Shown here one piece after another: positions 53,985 to 63,493 of a DNA stretch of 64,000 bases. This DNA is from Halobacteriales archaeon QS_8_69_26 (GTDB lineage Archaea; Halobacteriota; Halobacteria; Halobacteriales; SW-7-71-33), in assembly GCA_003023195.1 (NCBI GenBank), contig PXRX01000022.1:14041-78040 (forward strand), read 5' to 3'. The position numbers and the translations under genes were made by a program. The stretch's first letter is position 1. Each line of letters starts with the position of its first letter. Below the pieces are notes generated by a model, which was not told the DNA's origin, made no database searches, and worked only from the letters and a program-made list of their open reading frames with translations.

Positions 53985-54878
53985 ATGATGGTTTCGGGGG
54001 GGTCGGGCGTGGTCCGGGCGGCGGTCCTCCAGGCCGGCGGGGGGTCGGGGCTGGGGCCGTTCCCGGGTGCGGTCTACACCGTCCCGGTCGTCCTGACGGT
54101 GGTCGGCGGGGCCGTGCTCCTGTTCGCCGTCGACCCCGAGGTCACCGACTGGACGGTCGTGGGACTCGCACCCTGGGTCGCCTCCGGTGCGGCGTTGCAC
54201 GTCCTCTACCAGCAACCGGCGTTCTTCCCGAACGTCCGACCACTGTTCGGGTCGCCGCTGATATACCTGACCACGATCGGGATCACCCTGGTCGCCTGGA
54301 CGGCCTCGTCCGTGGTCGTCGAGATGCGCCCTCCGGACGCCTCCTGTGCCCGACAGCTCGGTGCCGTGGGGACCGGCGTGTTCATCAGCCTGGTCGGGTA
54401 CTCGATCTACATCGCCGCGGCCATCTCGTTCATCCGCCCCCTGTGGCCGGTGCTGGGGTTCGCGCTCGCCGTGATGGGGGCCGCGTTCGCCTGGATCGCG
54501 TTGAGCCTCACGTTCACCGACGTGGCGGCGGTCACCGGCCGGAGCGGCGCACTGGTCGTCTTCGGTCACACCCTCGACGGGGTCTCGACCGCGCTGGGGA
54601 TCGACGTCCTCGGGGTCGAGGAGCGCACGCCCCTCGCCAGGGGACTACTCGACTTCTCTGCGGGGCTCCCGACCGCCGACGTGATCGGCGTCGGGTGGCT
54701 GTTCCTGCTGGCGAAGCTCCTGATCGCGCTGATGGTCGTCATCGCCTTCAAGGAGTACGTCGAGTACCGGCCTACCCAGGCCCGCCTGATACTGGTCCTC
54801 GTCGCGGCGCTGGGACTGGGGCCGGGGATCCACAACCTGCTCCTGTTCACCGTCATCGAGACCGTGGGGATCGTCTAG
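53985..54878 (+). CDS. DUF63-family integral membrane protein
   Basis: 297 aa with about 7 TM helices and the ...FGHTLDGVSTALGIDVLG..ERTPL... motif. Confidence 0.6.
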   Translation: MMVSGGSGVVRAAVLQAGGGSGLGPFPGAVYTVPVVLTVVGGAVLLFAVDPEVTDWTVVGLAPWVASGAALHVLYQQPAFFPNVRPLFGSPLIYLTTIGITLVAWTASSVVVEMRPPDASCARQLGAVGTGVFISLVGYSIYIAAAISFIRPLWPVLGFALAVMGAAFAWIALSLTFTDVAAVTGRSGALVVFGHTLDGVSTALGIDVLGVEERTPLARGLLDFSAGLPTADVIGVGWLFLLAKLLIALMVVIAFKEYVEYRPTQARLILVLVAALGLGPGIHNLLLFTVIETVGIV

Positions 54879-54973
54879 CCCGGGCATCGGTAGCGCCCCT
54901 CCGGGTGTGACCACTGCCGTGGATACCGCCGACCGATCACCGGACTTTTTTCGGGGCTCGTGGGAGTTGGACC

Positions 54974-55522
54974 GTGCAACTCGCCATCCTTTCCGACACC
55001 CACGTCCCGGAGCGGGCCGACGCCGTCCCCGAGGCGTTCCGCGAGCGCATCGCGGCGGCCGACCACGTGATCCACGCGGGGGACTTCGAGACCCCGGAGG
55101 TGGTCACAGAGGTCCGCGACCTCGCGGCCGACCTCACGGCGGTCCACGGCAACGTCGACCCGAAGGACGTCGGCCTCCCGACGGTCGCGGACGTGACCGT
55201 CGAGGGCGTCACCTTCGTCGTCACCCACGGCACGCTGAATCCGGTCGAGGCCGCCGTCTACGGCCACGACGGCATGGTCATGAGCGCGGAGGACTGGAAG
55301 CGCGCGATCGCCGACACGGCCCGCGCCCGGACCCGCGCCTGGGACGGCGCGAACGTCGTGGGCGTCGGCGGCCACTCCCACGTCGTCGAGGACGACGTAC
55401 ACGAGGGGGTTCGCGTGCTCAATCCCGGCACCGCGACCGGCGCCAATCCGGACGACGACACGACGATGATGACGGCAACGGTCGAGGACGGCGACGTCGA
55501 CGTGACGGCCCACGAGATCTGA
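54974..55522 (+). CDS. metallophosphoesterase (YfcE/MJ0936 family)
   Basis: LSDTH, HAGD, ...HGN.D, and ...THG... motifs. GTG start. Confidence 0.8.
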   Translation: MQLAILSDTHVPERADAVPEAFRERIAAADHVIHAGDFETPEVVTEVRDLAADLTAVHGNVDPKDVGLPTVADVTVEGVTFVVTHGTLNPVEAAVYGHDGMVMSAEDWKRAIADTARARTRAWDGANVVGVGGHSHVVEDDVHEGVRVLNPGTATGANPDDDTTMMTATVEDGDVDVTAHEI

Positions 55523-55585
55523 CGGTTCACGGGATCTATCGGCCCACGAGATCTGACGGTTCACGGGATCTGACGGGATCCGAAC
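55506..55585. repeat. 34-bp tandem duplication that includes the last codons and stop of the phosphoesterase gene
   Basis: cggcccacgagatctgacggttcacgggatct.. occurs at 55506-55539 and 55540-55573, followed by a partial unit. Confidence 0.85.
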
Positions 55586-55636
55586 GTCGCCACGGGGATC
55601 CACACCCCTTTTGCCGCCATCGCCTGAAGCCGGGGT

Positions 55637-56333
55637 ATGGCAAAGCAACCGCACCTGCTCGTCGAGGAGGGCGACCTGAACGACGTGGCGCTACTGCCGG
55701 GCGACCCCGGCCGGGTCGACCGGATCGCCGGCCGCTGCGAGGACGTGGTCGAGGTGGCCCGCAACCGCGAGTACAAGGTCGTCAACGCCAGCTACCGGGG
55801 CGCACCCCTGACCATCTGCTCGACCGGGATCGGCTGTCCCTCCGCGGGGATCGCGGTCGAGGAACTCGCGGCGGTGGGCGTCGACACCTTCGTCCGGGTC
55901 GGCACCACGGGTGCCCTCCAACGAGGCATCGAGATCGGTGACATGGTCGTCGCGACCGGCGCGGCCAAGGACGAGGGAACGAGCAAGCGCTACGAGTCGG
56001 CCACCTACCCCGCGGTGCCGGACTACCGCGTCCTCTCGGCGCTCGTGGATTCGGCCGAACTCAACGGCGTCTCCGGATCCTCGTCGGATCCGGAGGCCAG
56101 CGAGACCGCACGCCGGCATCCTCTCGGTGGAGATGGAGGCCGCCACCATCTTCACCCTGGCCCGCCGGAAGGGCCTGCGGGCCGGCGCCATCTGCACCGT
56201 CGACGGCAACCTCGTCGAGGGCACCCAGAAGGGCGAGACCGACGACGAGGAACTCCCCGAGAAGGCCAAGGACAACGTCGAACGCGCGATCCGGATATCG
56301 CTGGACGCCGTCGTCGACCTCCAGGGCGAGTGA
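55637..56333 (+). pseudogene. udp: uridine/purine nucleoside phosphorylase (PNP_UDP_1 family) with a frame break and probable short deletion at about 56070-56110
   Basis: The N-terminal part (…CSTGIGCPSAGIAVEEL…VRVGTTGAL…GDMVVATGA…) is in the frame of 55637. The C-terminal part (AGILSVEMEAATIFTLARRKGLRAGAICTVDGN…) is in the frame ending at 56333. The junction carries the palindrome ccggatcc-tcgtc-ggatccgg. The segment between the two conserved blocks is clearly shorter than in E. coli Udp or DeoD. Confidence 0.65.
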
Positions 56334-56339
56334 TCCGGT

Positions 56340-57065
56340 TCAGACTTCCCCGCCGGACCCGGTCCTGAAGTTCCCCAGGTCGACCGACCAGTCGTAGTCC
56401 CGGTAGGACACGGACGGTCGTTCGCCCGCCGGGACCGGCCCGTACCGGCGCAGGTAGTCGTAGATGCCGGACCGGCCGCCGAAGTCGCCCCGGTACCACA
56501 GCAACAGGGGCGGGACCTCGGCCCGTCCGGTCTCCGGGTCGTACTCGACTTCGGAGCCGAGGTAGGACTCGGCCGCCGTTTCCAGTTCCTCGTCTATCCC
56601 GGCCCGGGTGTAGGTGCCGATGGGGGGACAGGAGGCGGCCCCGCAGTTCAGCGCGAAGTGGATCCGCGGGTCCACCTCGTCGACGCGCATCCGCCGCTCG
56701 AAGTCCCCGACGAGGAACTCGGGACGACCGACGTACCCCATGCCGACCGATATCTGTGACCGCCGGAGGACCCCGTGTTCGATCCGGTCCAGCGAGAGGT
56801 CCCGGCCGGCCACCGGGACCTGGTCGGCCCCGAAGAAGCGCCGCTTGCTCCCGTACCCCCCGCGCTCTGCCAGTCGGATCTGGGCGTAGGCGTTGTAGAC
56901 GTTGATCCAGAACGCCTTCCTGGCACCGTCGGTGTCGAGGTCCCCGGCCAGGCGGTCCGGGTCCAGGTCCCGCAGTCGCCGCCGGAGGTCCGCGGTTTCC
57001 CCGCCGGTCCGGACGGCGGACAGCAGGTCGGCGGAGAGTTCCACCGGATCGTCGTCCGACATCAC
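56340..57065 (-). CDS. DUF547-domain protein
   Basis: FWINVYNA, HFALNCGAASCPP, and LLLWYRGDFGG are signatures of the family. Confidence 0.8.
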   Translation of the reverse strand: MMSDDDPVELSADLLSAVRTGGETADLRRRLRDLDPDRLAGDLDTDGARKAFWINVYNAYAQIRLAERGGYGSKRRFFGADQVPVAGRDLSLDRIEHGVLRRSQISVGMGYVGRPEFLVGDFERRMRVDEVDPRIHFALNCGAASCPPIGTYTRAGIDEELETAAESYLGSEVEYDPETGRAEVPPLLLWYRGDFGGRSGIYDYLRRYGPVPAGERPSVSYRDYDWSVDLGNFRTGSGGEV

Positions 57066-57243
57066 CCCCGGCTACGCGCGGTCGCTCAATAAACGGCAGG
57101 CTACCGGCGGGTTGCTCGGCCACGCCACGCCCGGCCTCGTCCCCGGCGACTCCGGCCGGAGTGGAGCGTCGAGGGCTCCGGCCTGCACCCGGATCTGTCG
57201 GACCGACCCGCCTTTCGTCCGGGACGGTCTCCGGTCGAGTGTC

Positions 57244-57759
57244 ATGCTGGTACGCACTGCAACACACGCGGACAGGGAGCGAGTGACGACGGTTCACGAG
57301 GCGGCGGTCCGGGCCGTCCCGCCCGACGCCTACGACCGCCACCACCTCGACTCGTGGGACCACGGGCGCGACCCGGAGGCCTACCCACTCGACGACCCCG
57401 ACAGGACCGTCCTCGTCGCCGAACGCGAGGGAACCGTGGTGGGATTCGGCCAGGCCCACCACGGCCGGGCGGAGGTCGAGGCGTGCTACGTCCACCCCGA
57501 CCACGCCGGTCGCGGGGTGGGATCGGCACTGCTGGCTGGCCTGGAGGGGCGTCTCGCCGGCACAGGCGCAGAGGCCGTCGACCTGGTGGCCTCGCTGAAC
57601 GCCGTCGGGTTCTACGAGGGGGCCGGCTACGACCGCGTCGAGGCAACGACCGTCGAGGGACGCGACGGCGTGGAACTGCCCTGCGTCCGGATGGAGAAGC
57701 AACTCCGTCCGGTAGACGCCGGCGACGCTGCCCGGGGGTGGGGACGCCTCCCGGTCTGA
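57244..57759 (+). CDS. GNAT family N-acetyltransferase
   Basis: ...VHPDHAGRGVGSALL...FYEGAGY... is the acetyl-CoA-binding motif A. Confidence 0.75.
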   Translation: MLVRTATHADRERVTTVHEAAVRAVPPDAYDRHHLDSWDHGRDPEAYPLDDPDRTVLVAEREGTVVGFGQAHHGRAEVEACYVHPDHAGRGVGSALLAGLEGRLAGTGAEAVDLVASLNAVGFYEGAGYDRVEATTVEGRDGVELPCVRMEKQLRPVDAGDAARGWGRLPV

Positions 57760-57961
57760 GGGATCGACGGTGTGGCCCCGGTGGCTTCCGCCCCGAGGGA
57801 TCGCCGGTACGGTCGTGGGGATGCCGGAGCCGTCGACCGCGAACGGGTCCCGGACCGCCGCCTGGGGGTGGGTCCCGGACCGCCGCCTGGGAGTGGATCC
57901 CGGAGCGGTCGCTCGCCGGCGTGAGGGGCCGAGAACGGGACTGCGGGCGGCGTCTATCGTG

Positions 57962-58246
57962 TCACTCGGCGCGACAGGCGTCGGCCTCGGAGCCGCCGTC
58001 AGCGACGGCCTTCTCGCCGTTGATTTCGTAGAGGCTCTGCCGGGCGTCTGCGAAGTAGACGTCCTCGTCGACGGCGTCTATCTCCTCGAGGCGTTCGAGC
58101 GCGTAGCGGACCGTGCGCGCCGAGAGCATCGACTCCTGGACTATCTGCTTCTGGGTGAGGGGACCGTCGTATTCGAGTACCTTGAAGACCAGCTTCGCGC
58201 TGGGGGGCAGGTCCTCGATCTCCTCTTCGTCGGTGTTTGCCATCAT
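57962..58246 (-). CDS. small winged-helix transcriptional regulator (MarR/TrmB-like)
   Basis: LPPSAKLVFKVLEYDGPLTQKQIVQESMLSARTVRYALERLEEIDAV. Starts at the paired ATGs 58246/58243. Confidence 0.75.
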   Translation of the reverse strand: MMANTDEEEIEDLPPSAKLVFKVLEYDGPLTQKQIVQESMLSARTVRYALERLEEIDAVDEDVYFADARQSLYEINGEKAVADGGSEADACRAE

Positions 58247-58538
58247 TACGAATCGAAACGCTCTACCGGCATAAGTATACAACCCACTCTGTTAGGTATC
58301 CGTTTTCAACTCCCATCGATACCGGGACCGGGGCCGCGATCCTCGGGCGATCCGCGCCCGCCGGAGAGTGGTCCGGGCCGCGAACGACGGACGATCCCAC
58401 GTTCCGCCGGGGAGGGGGACTCCGGGTTCACCGGGGGTCCGACTGGGGTAGTGGACGGCTCGACGGGGATCCCTGGCCCCGTCCACGCCGGACACTGGAA
58501 ACGAACGCCTTTTGCCGGCGTGGCGGGAAGGTGGTCGT

Positions 58539-58868
58539 ATGTCGACCGAGACCGAATCGGGCATCGACCGCGCCCACCTCCGGGGGGTGACGGTCACCGC
58601 CATCGCGGCGCTGTTCGGGGTCGCCGCCGCGGTGGGGTCGTCGGTGATGACCGCCGGCGCCGACCCCACCGTCGCCGCGAACAGCCAGCGCGCCCTGGAG
58701 GTGGTGTTGCTGGCCATCCTCGTCCAGCCGCTGCTGTTGAAGGTGGTGGGACTGCTCAAGGACGACTTCGGGGTCAAGGACTTCCTGTTCATCGCCTTCA
58801 TGACGTTCTCGATGTGGTTCGTCTCCTGGGGCGTCCTGCTCTCGACCGGCGCGGAGATCGCGTTCTGA
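58539..58868 (+). CDS. small membrane protein (109 aa, 3 TM helices) immediately upstream of ABCE1
   Basis: ATG 58539. Three hydrophobic helices. The stop lies 2 nt before the ABCE1 ATG. Confidence 0.6.
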   Translation: MSTETESGIDRAHLRGVTVTAIAALFGVAAAVGSSVMTAGADPTVAANSQRALEVVLLAILVQPLLLKVVGLLKDDFGVKDFLFIAFMTFSMWFVSWGVLLSTGAEIAF

Positions 58869-58870
58869 CG

Positions 58871-60691
58871 ATGGCCGACGACAGCATCGCGGTCGTCGAA
58901 CTCGACCGGTGTCAACCCGACCGCTGCAACTACGAGTGCAAGAACTACTGCCCCCCCAACAGGACCGGCAAGGAGTGCATCACGCTCCGCGGGGACGAAG
59001 CCGTCGACGGCGACCCGGACCAGGTCCGCATCTCCGAGGAGATCTGTCTCGGTGAGAGCTGTGGCATCTGCGTCGAGAAGTGCCCGTTCGACGCCATCCA
59101 GATCATCAACCTCCCACAGGAACTGGCGGACGACCCGGCCCACCGCTACGGCGAGAACGCCTTCTCGCTGTACGGCCTGCCAGTCCCGGGCGATGGGCGG
59201 GTCACCGGGATCCTCGGCCCCAACGGCATCGGCAAGACCACCGCCGTCCGGATCCTGGCCGGCGAACTCGTCCCGAACCTCGGGGACCACGAGGGCGAGG
59301 CCGACTGGGAGGCGGCCATCGAGGCCTACCGGGGCACCGAACTCCAGGACTACCTCGGGGCAGTCCGCGACGGCGAGGTCAGCGTCTCGCGCAAGCCCCA
59401 GTACGTCGAGCACATCCCCGACCGGTTCGACGGCAACACCCGCCAACTGCTGGAGCGGACGGACGAGCGCGGGGAACTCGACGCCCTGGTCGAGCGCCTG
59501 TCCATCGGCCCCGTTATCGACCAGGCCATCGACGACCTCTCGGGTGGCGAACTCCAGCGTGTCGCCATCGCCGCCTGCCTCGCACGGGACGCCGACTTCT
59601 ACTTCCTCGACGAGATAACGCCGTACCTCGACGTCGGCCAGCGGATGACCGTCGCCCGCCTGGTCCGGGAGATGGCCGACGAGGAGGACCGGTCGATGCT
59701 GGTCGTCGAACACGACCTTGCCATCCTCGACCTGCTGGCGGACTCCCTGCACGTCGCCTACGGCCAGCCCGGTGCCTACGGGGTCGTCACCTCGCCCAAG
59801 AGCGTCCGCAACGGGATCAACGAGTACCTCGCGGGCTACCTGGAGAACGAGAACATGCGGATCCGCCCCGAGGCCATCGAGTTCGAACAGCACGCCCCGC
59901 AGGAGAGCGTCTCCGGCGACGTCGTCGCGGAGTACCCCGACCTGACCTACAGTTACGGACCCGACGCCTTCGAACTGGCCGTCGAATCCGGCGCGATCCG
60001 CGACAACGAGGTGCTGGGCATCGTCGGTCCCAACGGGATCGGGAAGTCCACCTTCGCCGAGATCCTGGCGGGCAACATCCAGCCCGACGGGTTCTCGCTG
60101 GACCTCGACGTCTCCTACAAGCCCCAGTACATCGAGATAGACCAGCCGATGCGCGTCGACGCCTTCCTCTCCTCCATCACCGACGACTTCGGCACCTCCT
60201 ACTGGACCACCGAGATCGCACAGCCCCTGGAACTGGAGCGGATCATGGAACAGAACCTCACCGACCTCTCCGGCGGCGAGCGCCAGCGCGTCGCCATCGC
60301 GGCCTGCCTCTCGGAGGACGCCGACGTCTACCTTCTGGACGAGCCCTCCGCCCACCTCGACGTCGAACAGCGGGTCCTGGCGACGAAGGCGATCCGTCGC
60401 CACGGCGAACGGACCGACGCCACCGTCCTCGTCATCGACCACGACATCTACATGATCGACCTCGTCTCGGACCGCCTGATGGTGTTCGACGGCGAACCCG
60501 CCGTCCACGGCCGCGCCGGCACCCCGCGTGGGATGCGCGAGGGCATGAACGAGTTCCTCTCGAACCTCGAAGTGACCTTCCGGCGTGATCCCCGGGTGGG
60601 GCGCCCGCGGATCAACAAGCCCGGCAGCCAGAAGGACCGCGAACAGAAGCGCGAGGGCGAGTACTACTACGCCCCCGAGGACGCCGCCTAG
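58871..60691 (+). CDS. abce1: ABCE1 / RNase L inhibitor-type ribosome-recycling ATPase
   Basis: An N-terminal double 4Fe-4S domain (CQPDRCNYECKNYCP...CGICVEKCP) followed by two ABC NBDs (GPNGIGKTT / GPNGIGKST, LSGGELQR / LSGGERQR). Confidence 0.9.
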   Translation: MADDSIAVVELDRCQPDRCNYECKNYCPPNRTGKECITLRGDEAVDGDPDQVRISEEICLGESCGICVEKCPFDAIQIINLPQELADDPAHRYGENAFSLYGLPVPGDGRVTGILGPNGIGKTTAVRILAGELVPNLGDHEGEADWEAAIEAYRGTELQDYLGAVRDGEVSVSRKPQYVEHIPDRFDGNTRQLLERTDERGELDALVERLSIGPVIDQAIDDLSGGELQRVAIAACLARDADFYFLDEITPYLDVGQRMTVARLVREMADEEDRSMLVVEHDLAILDLLADSLHVAYGQPGAYGVVTSPKSVRNGINEYLAGYLENENMRIRPEAIEFEQHAPQESVSGDVVAEYPDLTYSYGPDAFELAVESGAIRDNEVLGIVGPNGIGKSTFAEILAGNIQPDGFSLDLDVSYKPQYIEIDQPMRVDAFLSSITDDFGTSYWTTEIAQPLELERIMEQNLTDLSGGERQRVAIAACLSEDADVYLLDEPSAHLDVEQRVLATKAIRRHGERTDATVLVIDHDIYMIDLVSDRLMVFDGEPAVHGRAGTPRGMREGMNEFLSNLEVTFRRDPRVGRPRINKPGSQKDREQKREGEYYYAPEDAA

Positions 60692-60801
60692 CGGCTCTCT
60701 TCCTCGCCGGCTCCGTGGTTCGATCCCGCCGGTGAGTCGGTGGTTCGATCCCCGAGAGTCGCCGCCCGAGACGTTTTCTTTCTCCGGTCGTAGCTACACG
60801 C

Positions 60802-61119
60802 ATGCAACTCCCCAACCGGGAGGGAACGCCGGTGGACCCCGTCCCCTTCCTCGTGGTGACGGCCACGGCCTTCGCCACCTGCTTCGCGTTCGGGCCGGCG
60901 TACTTCACGACCCTCGGGGTGGGGATCCGGGGTGCGCTCCTGGTCTCGGGGGTCGCCTTTCTCGGGGCCACCGCCGCGAGCTACTACCGGTTCGTCTGGA
61001 CCGCAGGGGCGGAGAGACGCGCCGAGGTACCGGTGGCCTCCCGGTACCGGCGACTCGTCCTGGTCGTGGCGGTCGGTCTCGCCCTCGTCGTGTTGCTCGC
61101 GCTCCCCCTGGTGTTTTAG
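60802..61119 (+). CDS. small membrane protein (105 aa)
   Basis: Three hydrophobic helices and high GC3. Confidence 0.5.
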   Translation: MQLPNREGTPVDPVPFLVVTATAFATCFAFGPAYFTTLGVGIRGALLVSGVAFLGATAASYYRFVWTAGAERRAEVPVASRYRRLVLVVAVGLALVVLLALPLVF

Positions 61120-61146
61120 GCCTCCCGGTGCCTCTGGCAACGACGA

Positions 61147-61551
61147 ATGCACGAGGTCGAGGTTTCAGGGTTCGTCCAGGCCACCCCCACGGAGGTCGAG
61201 CGTGCACTCTCGCCGGCGAGGATCGTCGAGTACGAGGGGAGCTTCCAGGTCGAGGACGTGACCGAGACCGGGTCGGGGTGGCTGGTGACGGTGTCCGGTG
61301 GCGGCCTCGAGTTCACCGTCCGGTTCGAGCCACGCGAGGACGGGTACCACTACGACCAGGAGGGTGGCCCCCTGGAGACCATGGAGACGACGCTCACCTA
61401 CGAACCCGAGGACGAGGGAACCCGGGTACGACTCCGGTCCCGGGTGAGCATGGGGTCGCCACCGGCGGCGATCACCGACCGGTTCGCCGGCTGGAAGCGC
61501 CGTGGCGAACTCCGACGAGCCCTGTCGAATCTGGCTGCAGACGTCGAGTGA
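61147..61551 (+). CDS. SRPBCC-like small protein
   Basis: MHEVEVSGFVQATPTEVERALSPARIVEYEG... is an SRPBCC-type N-terminus with acidic composition. Confidence 0.55.
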   Translation: MHEVEVSGFVQATPTEVERALSPARIVEYEGSFQVEDVTETGSGWLVTVSGGGLEFTVRFEPREDGYHYDQEGGPLETMETTLTYEPEDEGTRVRLRSRVSMGSPPAAITDRFAGWKRRGELRRALSNLAADVE

Positions 61552-61640
61552 CCCTCGTTTCCGGTCGGGCGTCCCCCGGTTGTGTGCGCCCACCGCAATG
61601 ACCGTGCATCTTTAACGGGGAGCGTGTTATAACGACACAC

Positions 61641-61865
61641 ATGAGTCTGCTCGCCACGGTACGAGAGATCCTCGAATCCTCGACACAGTCCCCGAACCGC
61701 GGGGAAGCGACCACGACCGAATCGAAGGGTGCCTACTGGTGTGACGACTGCGACGTACGGATCCGGGATGTCGACGTCGAGGGCGAGGAGCCACCCTCCT
61801 GCCCGGACTGTGGCGACGAGATGCGGTTCGAGCGGTCGGCGGCGTCGACCGGGTGTGCCTGCTAG
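61641..61865 (+). CDS. small zinc-ribbon protein (74 aa)
   Basis: CDDCD...CPDCG pairs. Confidence 0.55.
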   Translation: MSLLATVREILESSTQSPNRGEATTTESKGAYWCDDCDVRIRDVDVEGEEPPSCPDCGDEMRFERSAASTGCAC

Positions 61866-61910
61866 ACCGGGGGAGCGTTTTTGCAGGGTCCGGCCGTAGG
61901 GGCGCCACAC

Positions 61911-62210
61911 ATGCAGCTATACCAGCGGATCGAACTGTTCCGTGACCGACTCGAAGAGTGGCTTCACGGCCTCTATCACGGAATGTGGGAGGGTCCCGCC
62001 CACGAGAAGATAGAGAAGGAGGCCGAGGACGTCGAGGACGCGTTCCTGTTCGCGTGTTTCGCCGACGCGTTCGGGATCCCCAGCCCCGTCTCCTACTACA
62101 CGGTCGAACTGCTCCCGTACCTGACCGAGGAGTTCGAGCAGTGGGAGCGCCGAATGTGGGACCGCGGGACCCTCCTCGAACGCAAGGGCCAGCAGTACCA
62201 CTTCCACTGA
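61911..62210 (+). CDS. small conserved soluble protein (99 aa), translationally coupled to the ArsA/Get3-like ATPase
   Basis: ATG 61911. Its TGA (62208-62210) overlaps the ATG (62210-62212) of the downstream ATPase. Confidence 0.6.
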   Translation: MQLYQRIELFRDRLEEWLHGLYHGMWEGPAHEKIEKEAEDVEDAFLFACFADAFGIPSPVSYYTVELLPYLTEEFEQWERRMWDRGTLLERKGQQYHFH

Positions 62211-63178
62211 TGGAGAAGTTCGTCTTCTTCGGCGGGAAGGGTGGCGTCGGCAAGACCACCGTCTCGTCGGCCTACGGGCTGAAGTCTGCGGCGGCCGGGT
62301 TAGAGACGCTCGTCGTTTCGACGGACCCGGCCCACAGCATCTCGGACGTGTTCGACCAGGGGTTCGACGACGATCCCTCGCCGGTCGACGGGCACGAGGG
62401 ACTGTGGGCGATGGAGATAGACCCCGACGAGGAGGTCGAAGAACACATGATGGAGATAAAGCGCCGGATGGGCGACCAGGTGAGCCCGGCCATCGTCAAC
62501 GAGATCGACCGGCAGATCGAACTGGCCCACCGGACGCCGGGCGCCTACGAGGCGGCGCTGTTCGACCGCTTCATCGAGGTGATGCGCGAGGCCGACCGCT
62601 GGGACCGGGTGGTCTTCGACACCTCGCCGACGGGCGGGACCCTCAGGCTCCTCTCGCTGCCCGAGTTTCTGGAGGACTGGCTCGACCGTCTCATCGAGAA
62701 ACGCACCACGAGCGTCGACCTGTTCGAGAAGGCCGCGATCGGCGACAAGGAGGCCCGCCGGAAGATAGAGACCGACCCGATCATCTCCCACCTCCAGCAG
62801 CGAAGGGAGAAGTTCGAGTTCGCGGGGCGGGTCCTCCGGGACGACGCAGCCTTCTTCCTCGTGTTGAATCCCGACGAACTGTCGATCAGGGAGACCGAAC
62901 GGGCTGTCGACGAGATGACCGGGTACGGACTGTCGGTCGACGGCCTCGTCGTCAACAAGGTCACCCCCGAACCAGACGACGACGACCGGGGACGGGGCGC
63001 GCGCTACCTGCGCGCCCGGGTCGACACCGAGCGGAGCCGGATCGAGGAAATCCGCGGGAGCTTCGAGCAATCCGTCGTCGGCACGATCGAGTCCCGGGTC
63101 GAGGAGGTGAAGGGGGAACTCCTCTCTGACGTTGCCGAGGAACTCCGGATCGAGGTCCAGACGGAGGCGACGGCCTGA
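62210..63178 (+). CDS. ArsA/Get3 (TRC40)-family ATPase
   Basis: Deviant Walker A GGKGGVGKTT, plus STDPAHS and DTSPTGGTLRLLSLP motifs. Confidence 0.85.
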   Translation: MEKFVFFGGKGGVGKTTVSSAYGLKSAAAGLETLVVSTDPAHSISDVFDQGFDDDPSPVDGHEGLWAMEIDPDEEVEEHMMEIKRRMGDQVSPAIVNEIDRQIELAHRTPGAYEAALFDRFIEVMREADRWDRVVFDTSPTGGTLRLLSLPEFLEDWLDRLIEKRTTSVDLFEKAAIGDKEARRKIETDPIISHLQQRREKFEFAGRVLRDDAAFFLVLNPDELSIRETERAVDEMTGYGLSVDGLVVNKVTPEPDDDDRGRGARYLRARVDTERSRIEEIRGSFEQSVVGTIESRVEEVKGELLSDVAEELRIEVQTEATA

Positions 63179-63307
63179 CGCGGTCGCCCAGACGGCGGGG
63201 ACGTACCTCTGACGTCTCTGCTGACCCCGGAGTCCACGGACGGTCCGACGACGCTCCCGGACGTGTCGTCGGGCGACTCCGGTCCGCCTCCGCGACGACC
63301 ACCCCGC

Positions 63308-63493
63308 CTACTGGCTCTCCGGCGAGGACTCCCTCTCGGGGGATCCCCGGTCCCCGCTCTTCCTCAGTCCGCCACCGGTGAAGCCGGACCGGCCGATGTC
63401 GGTGTACATCCGGTAGTACCAGGCCAGGAGCAACAGCGGCACGATAGTTATGATCGCCAGGGCCACGATCGCCATGTCTGGAGCTGCGGACAT
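63308..63493 (-). CDS. small single-pass membrane protein (61 aa)
   Basis: ATG 63493. MSAAPDMAIVALAIITIVPLLLLAWYYRMY... has one TM helix. It is divergent from cstA. Confidence 0.4.
   Translation of the reverse strand: MSAAPDMAIVALAIITIVPLLLLAWYYRMYTDIGRSGFTGGGLRKSGDRGSPERESSPESQ

Noticed and set aside
60713-60760. The direct repeat ggtggttcgatccc x2 (24-bp spacing) after ABCE1, which resembles a tRNA T-arm (GGTTCGAATCC).
   Set aside because: It is too short, no acceptor or anticodon elements are nearby, and it fits the general GATCC-cored 3' repeat theme rather than a tRNA relic.
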